Assembly (NCBI GenBank): GCA_964393545.1
Contig: CAYMUB010000058.1
Span: forward strand, 12,297-76,296
DNA from: an uncultured Gammaproteobacteria bacterium
Lineage (GTDB): Bacteria; Patescibacteriota; Microgenomatia; Daviesbacterales; UBA10151
Reading direction: 5' to 3'
Length of the DNA: 64,000 nucleotides
The notes beneath the pieces were generated by a model. That model did not search any database. It saw nothing but the letters and a program-made list of their open reading frames with translations, and was not told the origin of the DNA. The translations under genes and the position numbers were made by a program. Shown here piece after piece: positions 1-9,777 of this stretch. How positions within the stretch are numbered: the stretch's first letter is position 1; each line of letters starts with the position of its first letter.

Positions 1-231
1 TCCTTTCATGGTCCAGTATCTGCCAAATACGTCTTTAGGGATACTGGAAAGCAAAGAACCATAATGAGGACTGCCTGTGACAAAGGGGGGGCCGTCTAAA
101 AAAGTCCATTTTTTATCTTCAGGCCGCTCTTTGATTGACCGTTCAAAAATCTTATTCTCTTTCCAAAATCTTATTAACTCTTCTTCAAGATTTGCAAAAT
201 TAACTTGAGAATCAGCTACTTTAAACTTCAT
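1..231 (-). CDS. ileS: Isoleucine--tRNA ligase, N-terminal fragment. The gene runs off the window start and its start codon is at 229-231.
   Basis: Hand translation of the reverse strand gives MKFKVADSQVNFANLEEELIRFWKENKIFERSIKERPEDKKWTFLDGPPFVTGSPHYGSLLSSIPKD. This matches the type-2 IleRS N-terminal signature GPPxxxGxPHxGHxxxxxxKD, although the HIGH box reads HYGS here. The gene lies directly downstream of ftsZ. Confidence 0.6.
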   Translation of the reverse strand, partial: MKFKVADSQVNFANLEEELIRFWKENKIFERSIKERPEDKKWTFLDGPPFVTGSPHYGSLLSSIPKDVFGRYWTMKG

Positions 232-249
232 GAAGATATTATATACTTT

Positions 250-1470
250 TTAACGGTTGGATCTCAAAAAAGCGGGTATTTCTAAGTCTTCTTCCTCTTC
301 ATTGGACTTTTGCTGTTCTTCTATCTCTTCAGATTCTGCTACTGTTTGTAAAGACTTTTGTGAATCATTATCAGCAGATTGAGTAGGATTTGTCCAGGAA
401 TTTGGTTGAGATTGCTGCACAGAACCTGAACCTATACCTGATCCAATATATTCCCGGAGCCTTCTTCTTGTTTCATCAAATCCTGTAGCAATTACTGAAA
501 TCTTTATTTGATCTAATTGATCTTCCTTGATAGTTGCTCCAAAGATGATGTTAGCATCTGGATCTGCAGCTTGAGCAATAATTTGAGCTGCTTCATTAAC
601 CTCTGACATAGAAAGATCAGAACCACCTACAATATTAAACAGTACCCCTTTGGCGCCTTCTATAGAAACTTCCAAAAGGGGAGAAGCAATAGCCATTCTG
701 GCTGCCGCAGCAGCTCTGTTTTCTCCTCCTGCCATCCCAATTCCCATTAAAGCAGAGCCGGCATTGGACATAATTGTTTTAACATCAGCAAAATCAACAT
801 TAATAAGTCCTGGCATAGTAATTAAGTCAGAAATTCCCTGAACTCCCTGACCTAAGACTGAATCAGCCAACTTAAAAGCCTCTTGCAAAGTCATATTTTT
901 CTCAACAGATTCAAGTAATCTTTGATTTGGGATAATAATTAAAGCATCAACTTTATCTTTTAACTTCTCAACTCCTTCTTCTGCCACCACCATTCTTCTG
1001 GTGCCTTCAAAAGCAAAAGGCTTGGTCACAACAGCCACTGTCAAAGCTCCCATATTTTTGGCAATCTGGGCCACCACTGGGATTGATCCTGTTCCTGTGC
1101 CTCCACCCATTCCTGCTGTCAGAAAAACCATATCAGCATCCTGTAAAACATCTTCTAGTTTTTGTGTTGATTCCTCTGCAGCCTGTCTGCCAACCTCTGG
1201 ATCTCCTCCAGAACCTAAACCCCGGGTGATTGTTTCTCCAATTTGAACTTTAGTAGGAGATTGATTACCCAGTAAAGCCTGTGCATCAGTATTAATTGCC
1301 ACGAATTCAACACCTTGAATTTGCTGCAAGGAAATCATGGAGTTTAAAGAATTTGAACCACCACCACCTAAACCAACTACTTTAATCTTGGCAAATCTTT
1401 GTACATCAGGCTTAATAAGCATAAAAATCTCTTTGGGCAGAATATAGCAGATTATTCTTGGTAATATCAA
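250..1470 (-). CDS. ftsZ: Cell division GTPase FtsZ
   Basis: The protein has the tubulin-like GTP-binding motifs [10 protein letters not shown] and [13 protein letters not shown]. It has a long disordered linker and ends in the conserved C-terminal peptide DLEIPAFLR. It is the last gene of the dcw cluster. Confidence 0.95.
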   Translation of the reverse strand: MILPRIICYILPKEIFMLIKPDVQRFAKIKVVGLGGGGSNSLNSMISLQQIQGVEFVAINTDAQALLGNQSPTKVQIGETITRGLGSGGDPEVGRQAAEESTQKLEDVLQDADMVFLTAGMGGGTGTGSIPVVAQIAKNMGALTVAVVTKPFAFEGTRRMVVAEEGVEKLKDKVDALIIIPNQRLLESVEKNMTLQEAFKLADSVLGQGVQGISDLITMPGLINVDFADVKTIMSNAGSALMGIGMAGGENRAAAAARMAIASPLLEVSIEGAKGVLFNIVGGSDLSMSEVNEAAQIIAQAADPDANIIFGATIKEDQLDQIKISVIATGFDETRRRLREYIGSGIGSGSVQQSQPNSWTNPTQSADNDSQKSLQTVAESEEIEEQQKSNEEEEDLEIPAFLRSNR

Positions 1471-1481
1471 GACCCTAAAAC

Positions 1482-2780
1482 TTAAGGTAAAAAGGATTTA
1501 ATCAAAGCAATACCTTTTTGAATTAAACCCTTGATTGGTATGTTTCCTGAAAAGACTGGAATATGCATTGCTGCGTTATTCCTTTGTGCTGCTCCATATA
1601 AAATTAACCCTGCAGCTGAAGCAAAGGATGGTGAATCTATTTCCTCTACTAATCCTGAAAGGCCATCAATGCTTCCTGTCCGTGCTGGAAATCCTAAAAC
1701 GTATTTTGCCTGATCCAAAACTCCTGCAGTTTGAGATCCACCTCCACAAAGCACTAATCCTGAAGGAATTTGTGTCCCAAAACCACTTTTTTTTAATTCT
1801 TTGCCTACAAATTTAAATATTTCCTGCAGTCTGGGCTTTATTATTCCGTCAACTACTGATTTTTTGGAAATTTTTTGAATATCTTCTTCAATTCCTAAAG
1901 ATTTAATATCTAAAATTTCATCATCCTTTTTTTTGGAGTTAGTTTTTATTCCCTCTCCATCTCTCTGGTCTGCCAAAGCAGGAGCTTTTTGATTCTTACT
2001 TAAAAACAATTTTATTTTTTCCGCTGAGTCTAAAGAAATTCTCAAACCAACTGCCATATCAGAAGTAATATGCCTGGCTCCAATTGGCACAACTGAAGAA
2101 TAAGCAACTGATCCATCTATAAAAATAACTACATCTGTTGTTTCTCCGCCAATATCCACTAACACCACTCCTAATTCTTTCTCTGTATCAGTTAATATCG
2201 CAAATGATGCGGCAATTCCAGAGAAAACCAATTCTGACACATTGATTCCTACCTCAGATACACATTTGACTAGATTTCTCATAGAAGTTGAAGAACCAGT
2301 TATAATGTGGGTTTGGGTCTCCAACCTTACTCCTGTCATACCAATTGGATCTTTAATTCCTTCTTGCCCATCCACAGTAAAGGCTCTGGGAATAACATGT
2401 AGAATCTCTCTGGATGAAGGAAGAGGTATTGCTCTTGCTGCTTCATTAACCCTTTGAATATCGCTTTCTTTAATTTCCCCTTCCGGTTCTGAAACTGCCA
2501 CAACTGCATGCTGATTAATACTCTCAATCTGGGGTCCACCCATAGAAATATATGCAGATGAAATAGAGTATCCTGCCATCCGCTCCGAAGATTCCACAGA
2601 TTCAGTTATCGCTGCAACTGCTTCATCAATATCAACTACCTGGTTTTTCCTAACTCCTTTTGAAATAGTTGAAGAAACACCAATTAAATTAATTTTTCCA
2701 TTTTCATCAACAGATGCAATCAGAGTTGCAATCTTTGATGAACCAACATCTATTCCACAAATAATTTTATCCTTAGCCAT
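1482..2780 (-). CDS. ftsA: Cell division protein FtsA (actin-like ATPase)
   Basis: The N-terminal actin fold begins [15 protein letters not shown]. The protein sits between ftsQ and ftsZ and ends in an amphipathic helix. Confidence 0.9.
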   Translation of the reverse strand: MAKDKIICGIDVGSSKIATLIASVDENGKINLIGVSSTISKGVRKNQVVDIDEAVAAITESVESSERMAGYSISSAYISMGGPQIESINQHAVVAVSEPEGEIKESDIQRVNEAARAIPLPSSREILHVIPRAFTVDGQEGIKDPIGMTGVRLETQTHIITGSSTSMRNLVKCVSEVGINVSELVFSGIAASFAILTDTEKELGVVLVDIGGETTDVVIFIDGSVAYSSVVPIGARHITSDMAVGLRISLDSAEKIKLFLSKNQKAPALADQRDGEGIKTNSKKKDDEILDIKSLGIEEDIQKISKKSVVDGIIKPRLQEIFKFVGKELKKSGFGTQIPSGLVLCGGGSQTAGVLDQAKYVLGFPARTGSIDGLSGLVEEIDSPSFASAAGLILYGAAQRNNAAMHIPVFSGNIPIKGLIQKGIALIKSFLP

Positions 2781-2783
2781 AAA

Positions 2784-3596
2784 CTACTTCTTTTTTGGGG
2801 CGAGACGTAAAATGGGTTTATCAAACCGTAAGTCGATAAACTCTATACTTTCCTTGTCTATTTTAGCTTTCTTAAAGATTAGTTGTAAAGATCCAATTTG
2901 AAGATTATTATCTTTTTCTAAACTAAATAAAATTTTAGGTTGGGAATCAGTAGGAAAGATAACTAGAGATTTGTCTGTTATTTGTGTAGTTTGAGTATCT
3001 AATCCGAAGGTTTTTATCTGATTTAAAATATCTAGAGATTTTTTTATTAAATCATTTATATTTTTTCCTAATGACAAATCTGAATCTTGTATATAAATTT
3101 GAGAATCTGAAGCTTGATTTAGATCTTTGGCAAAAATAATTTCCTCATCTGCTAAATATGTAGTTTGAACTACTTTTGCACTGGGCGTAGCAATATTTTC
3201 TAAATTTGCAGCAGCAGTTGCTACTTTATTTAAAATCAGAAGTTTAACTTTAGGTTCTCTTTCCAATACATCTAATTTAACTTTATCAGGAAAGTTTTTT
3301 GAAAAATTGATTGCTTTAACACAAATGAATTTTTCTTTGATATTTTTTATGCTATTTGTACTATCTACAAAAAGGATGTTTTTTCCAAGTAGTTTAGATA
3401 CATCTTTTAATAGATCAGTATTTGCGCAATCTAAATCTTTATCAATTTCGATTTTTTTAATATTAAACAAACCAGTTCTAAAAATGAGTAGACCTAAGAT
3501 TAGCAAAATTAAAATAAAACCAGCAATTGGAATTGCCAGTTTAGTCGATCTTTTTTGATTTAATTTTAATTTCTTTCTTTGAGTAAACTTTCGCAT
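2784..3596 (-). CDS. ftsQ: Cell division protein FtsQ/DivIB-like (N-terminal TM plus POTRA)
   Basis: It has one N-terminal TM helix followed by a POTRA-like region and sits upstream of ftsA. Sequence similarity is weak. The apparent 31-nt overlap with murG suggests the true start may lie further in. Confidence 0.55.
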   Translation of the reverse strand: MRKFTQRKKLKLNQKRSTKLAIPIAGFILILLILGLLIFRTGLFNIKKIEIDKDLDCANTDLLKDVSKLLGKNILFVDSTNSIKNIKEKFICVKAINFSKNFPDKVKLDVLEREPKVKLLILNKVATAAANLENIATPSAKVVQTTYLADEEIIFAKDLNQASDSQIYIQDSDLSLGKNINDLIKKSLDILNQIKTFGLDTQTTQITDKSLVIFPTDSQPKILFSLEKDNNLQIGSLQLIFKKAKIDKESIEFIDLRFDKPILRLAPKKK

Positions 3597-4657
3597 TCTA
3601 AAGCTAATCTTTTGGCAGCATCAGGTCTGATGACTGTTTTTGCATTCTTTGCTTTTTGTTTTAATTCATCCATATTTTTCAACATCAATTTTATATTCTC
3701 AAACAAAGTCTTACCTGATAATTTTGATTGAGGAATTATTCTAACCAGTCCCTGTTCTTGAAAGAATATGGCATTTTTATTCTGTTCATCTTTATACAAT
3801 GGTTCAAAGGGAATAACCAAAGCCGGTTTGGAAAGATAGGCTAATTCACTCAAAGTATTAATCCCAGCGCGTGAAACTACCAGATCAGATTTTTGTAAGA
3901 TTGAACCATATTCCTCCCCTATCCACTTTTTTACCAGGTACTTCCCGCCATAATCCCCTTTTTCTGTTAACCTTTCATAGTCTTTAAATTTATTATCCCC
4001 TGTTACATGAATGATCGAAGTAATTTTTGTTAATTTATCTAAAGATTCTTCAACTACTTTATTAATGATATGAGAACCTTGATTCCCACCTGTAATGAGA
4101 ATTAATGGAGACTTGCCTGGAGTTTGTTTCCCTTCTTTAATATTTCTCACCATAGATCTGATAGGGTTTCCTGTAATTATTATTTTTGTTCTATCAAATC
4201 CGTTTACCTGGTTGAATGAAAGGGCAATCTTGTCTGCAAAAAAACTGCTTATTTTATTTGCCAGTCCCGACACTAAAGTTTGTTCATGAACAATAATAGG
4301 AATAGATAGCAACCAACCAATAAATACTGTGGGAACTGCCACATACCCACCAAAAGATAGTATTAGATTAGGTTTTTCTTTTAAAATAATATATGCAGCT
4401 TGAATAATTCCAATTGGAATTTTTAAAATAGAGGGGATGGTATAGATAGTAAAAGACCTTTGCAGCCTTCCAGTCATAATAGGAATATATTTTACCCCTA
4501 ATCTTGGTAAAACCTGTGATTCTGCAGAAGGAGAGGAATCTCCTTCCTGAGTAGTCTGTCTGCCTACATAAACTACATTTACATCCGGGTATTTTTTTAA
4601 CTCCTCAATTGTGGCGACAGCTGGCGTAAAATGCGCGCCTGTTATCAATATTTTCAT
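3566..4657 (-). CDS. murG: Undecaprenyl-PP-MurNAc-pentapeptide-UDP-GlcNAc GlcNAc transferase MurG
   Basis: It has the GT28 fold, begins MKILITGAHFTP, and carries a C-terminal UDP-binding region. Its position between ftsW and ftsQ fits the dcw cluster. Confidence 0.85.
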   Translation of the reverse strand: MKILITGAHFTPAVATIEELKKYPDVNVVYVGRQTTQEGDSSPSAESQVLPRLGVKYIPIMTGRLQRSFTIYTIPSILKIPIGIIQAAYIILKEKPNLILSFGGYVAVPTVFIGWLLSIPIIVHEQTLVSGLANKISSFFADKIALSFNQVNGFDRTKIIITGNPIRSMVRNIKEGKQTPGKSPLILITGGNQGSHIINKVVEESLDKLTKITSIIHVTGDNKFKDYERLTEKGDYGGKYLVKKWIGEEYGSILQKSDLVVSRAGINTLSELAYLSKPALVIPFEPLYKDEQNKNAIFFQEQGLVRIIPQSKLSGKTLFENIKLMLKNMDELKQKAKNAKTVIRPDAAKRLALECESLLKERN

Positions 4658-4674
4658 GCTTCTTTATATATTAA

Positions 4675-5775
4675 TCAATCATGAGTCTGTTTAGAAATAT
4701 TCAAAAGTATTCCAACTGCTGTAAGGTTGGCAACTAAAGCTGATCCGCCATAAGAGATAAAAGGTAATGGCACACCGGTCAAAGGTAATAAAGCAATCAT
4801 GGAGGATATATTTATTACAATTTGAATCCCCAACCAGCAGGTTAACCCTAAAGCCAGAATTTTTCCAAAATTATCTGGACAATTCTGTGATATCTTAAAT
4901 CCCCTGAAAATCATTATTAAAAATAAGCTGAGTAAGAAAGTAGCTCCCAAAAATCCTAACTCCTCTCCAATAACTCCAAAAATAGAATCAGTTGATACTT
5001 CTGGAATATATTCAAACTTTTGTCTTGAATGACCTAAACCCAAACCAAACAATCCTCCTGATCCTAGAGCTATTAAAACCTGTGAAATATGATAAGTATA
5101 TCCCTGTGGATCAGAAAAAGGATCTAAAAAAGCCAAGATTCTTTTACTTCTATAACTAGAGGTAGAGATTAAGAAAAAAAGAGTTGCCGCTACAACCGGT
5201 AAACTAACTAGAAAGTGCCAGAAAGGAGCTTTGGCAGCAAAGTACAAAAAAGCAGCTGTGGTTACAAATACAATAGTCGAACCCAAATCTTTTTGCAAAA
5301 CAGCTGTCACAAATGATATTCCTCCTATCAAAATCAAAAAAGGTAATAGTTTAGCTTTCTTTTCAAAAACTGCCGATAGAAAAATTACTCCTGTCAGTTT
5401 TATAATCTCTGCTGGTTGAATTGTAATAGAACCTAACCTTAACCATCTATGCGCTCCCCCACTTGATACCCCCAGTCCGGGAATAAAAACTGCCATAAGC
5501 ATCAAAAAGGATAAAAGTACCAAAGGTAAAGAATAAATTTTAAACTTCTTGTAATCAAATACAATAAAAAAGATCATGGAAAATATACCTAAAACCACCC
5601 AAATCAACTGCTGTCTAATATAGTAATAACTGTCTTTAAAATCCTTTAATCCCTGAATAACTGAGGCATCATAAACCATGATTAAACCAAAAACTACTAA
5701 AATTAAAATACTTACTAAAAGGGGTAAATCAACTCCTGTTTTTTGCGTAGCATAAGAAACTTTAAGATTTCTCAT
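4675..5775 (-). CDS. ftsW: SEDS-family peptidoglycan glycosyltransferase FtsW/RodA
   Basis: The protein is a 10-TM SEDS protein positioned after mraY. The start is placed at the internal Met (MRNLK...) at 5775, which makes an ATGA overlap with the mraY stop. The longer ORF running to 5862 would overlap mraY by 91 nt. Confidence 0.8.
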   Translation of the reverse strand: MRNLKVSYATQKTGVDLPLLVSILILVVFGLIMVYDASVIQGLKDFKDSYYYIRQQLIWVVLGIFSMIFFIVFDYKKFKIYSLPLVLLSFLMLMAVFIPGLGVSSGGAHRWLRLGSITIQPAEIIKLTGVIFLSAVFEKKAKLLPFLILIGGISFVTAVLQKDLGSTIVFVTTAAFLYFAAKAPFWHFLVSLPVVAATLFFLISTSSYRSKRILAFLDPFSDPQGYTYHISQVLIALGSGGLFGLGLGHSRQKFEYIPEVSTDSIFGVIGEELGFLGATFLLSLFLIMIFRGFKISQNCPDNFGKILALGLTCWLGIQIVINISSMIALLPLTGVPLPFISYGGSALVANLTAVGILLNISKQTHD

Positions 5776-6782
5776 TTTGAAAGAAGGGCTATCCAAAGAC
5801 CAAGTATGGCAAATAGCCCTTGCGCTAACCAGAATCTGGCAACTATTTTTGGCTCTTCCCAACCAATATATTTAAAGTACATATGTAATGGTAAAACAGG
5901 CAGAATTTTTCTTTTGAATATTTTTTTAGAAAGAATTTGAAGCAATGAGGAAACAATAATGATAACAAACATTCCTCCAATAGCAGCTAGAGCTAGTACT
6001 TTACCAGTAAGCAATCCAACTACAGCCAGAGTGGCGCCAAAGCCAAAAGCTCCTGCATCACCCAAAAAAATCCTGGCCGGCCAGACGTTGAAATAAAGAT
6101 ATGCAAAAAGTAGTCCAATCCAAATTCCAATAAATGAGGCCAGCGTTAAATCTAAAGCTTGAGAAGTAAGAGCCAAAAAAGCAAATAAGCAGATTAATAA
6201 CAGGCCTGAGGCCAGCCCATCCAGTCCATCTGAAATATTATAGGCATTAGCAAAAGAGATTATAATAAATGCAGCCAAAGGTATAAACCAAAAATTAATA
6301 ACAAAATTCCCCAAGCCCGCTATGTAAAAATTATTCAAACCCGCCCAAAAATATAACATGGCAGCGATGGTAAAGGCCAAAACAAGCTGAATAATAAACA
6401 TTTTTCTCCTGCCCAAACCTAAAAACTTCCCTTTTCTTCTGGTTAGAATAAATTTAATATCATCAGATAATCCCAAGAGACCAAAAGATACCAGAGTAAA
6501 AAGCAGTATCTTCAGACTAATTTTATCAATAGAAGAGTTTAAAAAAGCATATCCAACACTTAAAACTACCAGAATTAAGATTAATAATATTCCACCTCCT
6601 GAGGGAGTATCTTCATCTTTTTTCATTAATTGATCATGAATTGGAGTTTCACTTATTTTTAGAGCAGCTTTTTGTTTCTTTTCAAATCTGTGTTTTAAAT
6701 AAAAAAGTAGATCAATAAAAGGCACCATGAATATACTGGTGGTGATAAATGAGAGTAAAACTAAACCTAAAAGTTGCGTCAT
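5772..6782 (-). CDS. mraY: Phospho-N-acetylmuramoyl-pentapeptide transferase MraY
   Basis: It carries the MraY/WecA signature NAYNISDGLDGLASG and is a multi-TM protein. Confidence 0.9.
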   Translation of the reverse strand: MTQLLGLVLLSFITTSIFMVPFIDLLFYLKHRFEKKQKAALKISETPIHDQLMKKDEDTPSGGGILLILILVVLSVGYAFLNSSIDKISLKILLFTLVSFGLLGLSDDIKFILTRRKGKFLGLGRRKMFIIQLVLAFTIAAMLYFWAGLNNFYIAGLGNFVINFWFIPLAAFIIISFANAYNISDGLDGLASGLLLICLFAFLALTSQALDLTLASFIGIWIGLLFAYLYFNVWPARIFLGDAGAFGFGATLAVVGLLTGKVLALAAIGGMFVIIIVSSLLQILSKKIFKRKILPVLPLHMYFKYIGWEEPKIVARFWLAQGLFAILGLWIALLSK

Positions 6783-7915
6783 TGTTTTTTAGCTATTCTT
6801 TTAACTACTTCATCAAGTCTAACTGCTTTTGAACCCTTTATCAAACATACATCACCTTTTCCTAATATTTTTAGCAACTTACCAACCAACTGAGAATTTT
6901 GCAGATTAGTCTGTAATTTTTCATCCCAAAATCCTAAACTGAGAAGTTCATCAGCTATTATTTTTGTATCACCCTGGCCTAAAATTACTAGATCAATTTT
7001 TTCCTTATATATTATTTGAGCAATCTGCCTATGTAAGGCATCAGAATATTTACCAAGTTCTTTTATTTCCCCCAAAACTAGGATTCTACGTCTGGCTGGT
7101 ACTTTCAAAAGTGTATCTATAGCAGCTTCAATATCAGAAGGTGAAGAATCATATGAATCATCTAAGATAATCGAACCATTTGGACCCAGGATTGCTTGCA
7201 ACCTGTGTTCTTGGGGTAAAACAGACTCTAAAGCAATCTTTATTTTTGTCAGAGGAATATCACAAGAAACTCCCAAAGCAGCAGCAGCCAAAGCTGGATA
7301 AACCTGGTGTTCTCCCAGGAGTTGATAGTTTACCTTGACTCTTTCAACTCCTAAATTCAATTCAAATGTAGTTCTAAAATCTTCAATTTTAATATTATCT
7401 GCCCAAACAGTACATTTTTGGGGATCAGTACCGAAATAAATAATAGTTCCTTTACACTTATCTGCTAATTTTTTGGAGTTTGGATCATCCCAATTCAAAA
7501 TAGCCACCCCGTTTGCAGGAAGTTGTTCTATTAATTTACCCTTCTCATCCAGTATTTCATTTAAATCACTTAAAGATTCAGAATGTGGATATGAAATCTT
7601 GGTAACAATAACTGTATTGGGTTTAACTTGTGATAAATAAGAATCCATTTCTCCTTTATATTCAATCCCCATCTCTAAAATAACTTTCTTAACTTGGGGA
7701 GAAAGTTTTAACAAAGTTTGGGGAATATTGGACATAGAACTTGAGTTAGAAGCTGTTGTAATGGTTTTAAATCTTTGTGACAGAACAGCTAAAGAAGCTC
7801 TTACACAAGTAGTCTTACCTATTGATCCAGTTACACCAATAAATAAACTTTTAGAATATAACTTGGTATATTGCCTGGCCAGATATGTTCTTAGAATGTT
7901 TAGAGGCTGATCCAC
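6779..7915 (-). CDS. murF: UDP-MurNAc-tripeptide--D-Ala-D-Ala ligase MurF (compact)
   Basis: It has the Mur ligase P-loop GVTGSIGKTT and the MurF-type C-terminal motif LDDSYDSSP (compare DDSYNANP). It lies immediately upstream of mraY. Confidence 0.75.
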   Translation of the reverse strand: MDQPLNILRTYLARQYTKLYSKSLFIGVTGSIGKTTCVRASLAVLSQRFKTITTASNSSSMSNIPQTLLKLSPQVKKVILEMGIEYKGEMDSYLSQVKPNTVIVTKISYPHSESLSDLNEILDEKGKLIEQLPANGVAILNWDDPNSKKLADKCKGTIIYFGTDPQKCTVWADNIKIEDFRTTFELNLGVERVKVNYQLLGEHQVYPALAAAALGVSCDIPLTKIKIALESVLPQEHRLQAILGPNGSIILDDSYDSSPSDIEAAIDTLLKVPARRRILVLGEIKELGKYSDALHRQIAQIIYKEKIDLVILGQGDTKIIADELLSLGFWDEKLQTNLQNSQLVGKLLKILGKGDVCLIKGSKAVRLDEVVKRIAKKQ

Positions 7916-7918
7916 AGT

Positions 7919-9184
7919 CTACTTCTCAATTCTCTCAATTTGAGCCCCTAGAAGCTTAAGTTTACCCACTACGTCTTCATATCCTCTCTCAATCAATTCT
8001 GCCTGATTAATAGTACTCTTACCTTTAGCAACTAAGGCCGCTAAGACTAAGGCCATTCCTGCTCTAATATCTGGTGTTGCAAGTTTTGTCCCTCTTAATT
8101 TCTTTGGGCCCAAGACAAGTACTCTATGTGGATCAGCTAGAATAATCTGAGCTCCCATAGAAATTAATTTATCTATAAAAAACATTCTTGATTCATACAT
8201 CCAATCATGACACATCATCATACCTTTAGATTGAGTAGCTAAAACTATTGCCACGCTCATCACATCTGTGGGAAATCCTGGCCAAATATTTGTTACTAAT
8301 CTTTGAGGTGATTTTAAGCTTGATGCGGAAAAGGTAAGATCATTCCCTACATTCCCTACTTCTATTCCAAATCTTTTTAAAGGGACTAAAACAGGATCCA
8401 GATCAGTATTATCCAATCCTGTCACTTTTACTTTCCCCCCAGTGACAGCAGCTGCTATAGCATAAGTTCCTACCTCTAGATAATCTATTCCCAGCCTAAA
8501 TCTCGTTCCATATAATTTTTCAACACCCTCAATAACCAGGGTATTTGTTCCAATCCCTTCAATTTTGGCACCCATTTGGGTTAACATTTTACATAAATCT
8601 ACTACATGAGGTTCTATTGGACAATTTTTCAAAATTACCCTTCTTTCACCCAAAACTGAGGCAATAATTAAATTTTCAGCAGCTGTGACTGAAGCCTCTT
8701 GTAAGAAAATGGTGCAATCTTTGTTATGTTTAGTATCTTCAGCAAACTGCAAAGTTAATTTTAAATTATCTCTTTTATAAGATGCTCCTAAAGCTTTAAA
8801 CCCTTCTATATGAGTCTCAATACTTCTTTGTCCAATAATATCCCCACCTGGATGATAAAAATTAACTTTTCCTTTATTGGCTAAAACTGCGCTTACTAAA
8901 AGAATTGATCCTCTAAGTTTAGTCATTAAATCCCGGGGTAGGCTAAATTGTTTAATTTCTTGTGCTTTAATTGTTAAAGTATTTTTATCAAAAACTGCAT
9001 TAACACCCAGTTTCTTTAGAATTTGTACTAAAACTGCGGTATCTGCAAGTTTTGAAACATTTTCTAAAACCACTTCCTCGCAAGTAAGTAATGCGGCTGC
9101 TACACAAGGGAAGACTGAGTTTTTATTCCCTGAAATCTTGATTTCACCTATTAATTTTTTCCCACCTTCGATAATATATTTCAT
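7919..9184 (-). CDS. murA: UDP-GlcNAc 1-carboxyvinyltransferase MurA. It carries Asp at the position of the catalytic/fosfomycin-target Cys115.
   Basis: The N-terminus MKYIIEGGKKLIGEIKISGNKNSVFPCVAAALL is typical of MurA. The active-site loop reads HPGGDIIGQRS where E. coli has PGGCTIGARP. Confidence 0.9.
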   Translation of the reverse strand: MKYIIEGGKKLIGEIKISGNKNSVFPCVAAALLTCEEVVLENVSKLADTAVLVQILKKLGVNAVFDKNTLTIKAQEIKQFSLPRDLMTKLRGSILLVSAVLANKGKVNFYHPGGDIIGQRSIETHIEGFKALGASYKRDNLKLTLQFAEDTKHNKDCTIFLQEASVTAAENLIIASVLGERRVILKNCPIEPHVVDLCKMLTQMGAKIEGIGTNTLVIEGVEKLYGTRFRLGIDYLEVGTYAIAAAVTGGKVKVTGLDNTDLDPVLVPLKRFGIEVGNVGNDLTFSASSLKSPQRLVTNIWPGFPTDVMSVAIVLATQSKGMMMCHDWMYESRMFFIDKLISMGAQIILADPHRVLVLGPKKLRGTKLATPDIRAGMALVLAALVAKGKSTINQAELIERGYEDVVGKLKLLGAQIERIEK

Positions 9185-9192
9185 TTCAAACT

Positions 9193-9777
9193 CTATATTT
9201 TTGACTTAATTCTAAAAACACCTGATAAAATTATATGTTTCTTTAAACTTAGTTCTTTTGGTTCAATATCCCAAATATTAGACTTTAGATCTAATACTTT
9301 AATACTTTTTGTAAGTCTTTGCAAAAAATTATTTATTAAAAGGTTGCCTCCAATGCTTCCTGGAAAATTTGACAATTCATCAGATTGTAATCCTTGAGTG
9401 TCTAAAAATTCCGCAAATTTTTTCATACTCATACCTGATTCTACCTCAATTAAAGCTTCTTCAATTCCTATCCCAAGTTTGGAAACCCGTCCTTTAACAG
9501 AAACTGTCTGAATATTTTTTGTTCTATTTTTTATCACTAGTCCCTCAAATCCTAAATCAGACATCAGAATTTTACTGCCTGTACCAAATAAAAAAAATGG
9601 TAGATTTAATTCTCTACACATGCTTATTGTCTTAATCAATTCTCTTGTCGTAAAGGCAATAAAAAATAATTTTGCAGAGCCACCAACCTCTAAGGCAGTA
9701 TAGTTTTTGATTGGTTCGTTAAACTTAAATTTGTCAGATCCTATTGAATCAACAATTAACTTAAATTTGCTATCCAT
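9193..9777 (-). CDS. murB: MurB-like protein (UDP-N-acetylenolpyruvoylglucosamine reductase). It is only 194 aa and essentially comprises the FAD-binding domain.
   Basis: The FAD-binding (PCMH) motifs are present: KNYTALEVGGSAKLF, FLFGTGSKIL and FPGSIGGNLLINNF. The C-terminal substrate domain found in canonical MurB (~300 aa) is largely missing. Confidence 0.55.
   Translation of the reverse strand: MDSKFKLIVDSIGSDKFKFNEPIKNYTALEVGGSAKLFFIAFTTRELIKTISMCRELNLPFFLFGTGSKILMSDLGFEGLVIKNRTKNIQTVSVKGRVSKLGIGIEEALIEVESGMSMKKFAEFLDTQGLQSDELSNFPGSIGGNLLINNFLQRLTKSIKVLDLKSNIWDIEPKELSLKKHIILSGVFRIKSKI

Noticed and set aside
64-70. Seven-G homopolymer tract
   Set aside because: It lies inside essential ileS, encoding Pro-Pro, and a slippage-based switch there would be lethal. 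It is unlikely to be regulatory.
650-2539. Small plus-strand ORFs inside ftsZ/ftsA (650-841, 1001-1246, 1531-1816, 2242-2457). Similar antisense ORFs throughout the track include 3307-3558, 9978-10463, 13064-13435, 36236-36652 and 38416-38817.
   Set aside because: They are shadow ORFs lying entirely within well-supported genes on the opposite strand. Their compositions are low-complexity or Pro/Ser-rich, typical of antisense frames.
5776-5862. Longer FtsW N-terminus overlapping mraY by 91 nt
   Set aside because: The internal Met at 5775 gives the canonical ATGA stop-start overlap with mraY. The extended N-terminus (MGRAKNSCQILVSARAICHTW...) is not FtsW-like.
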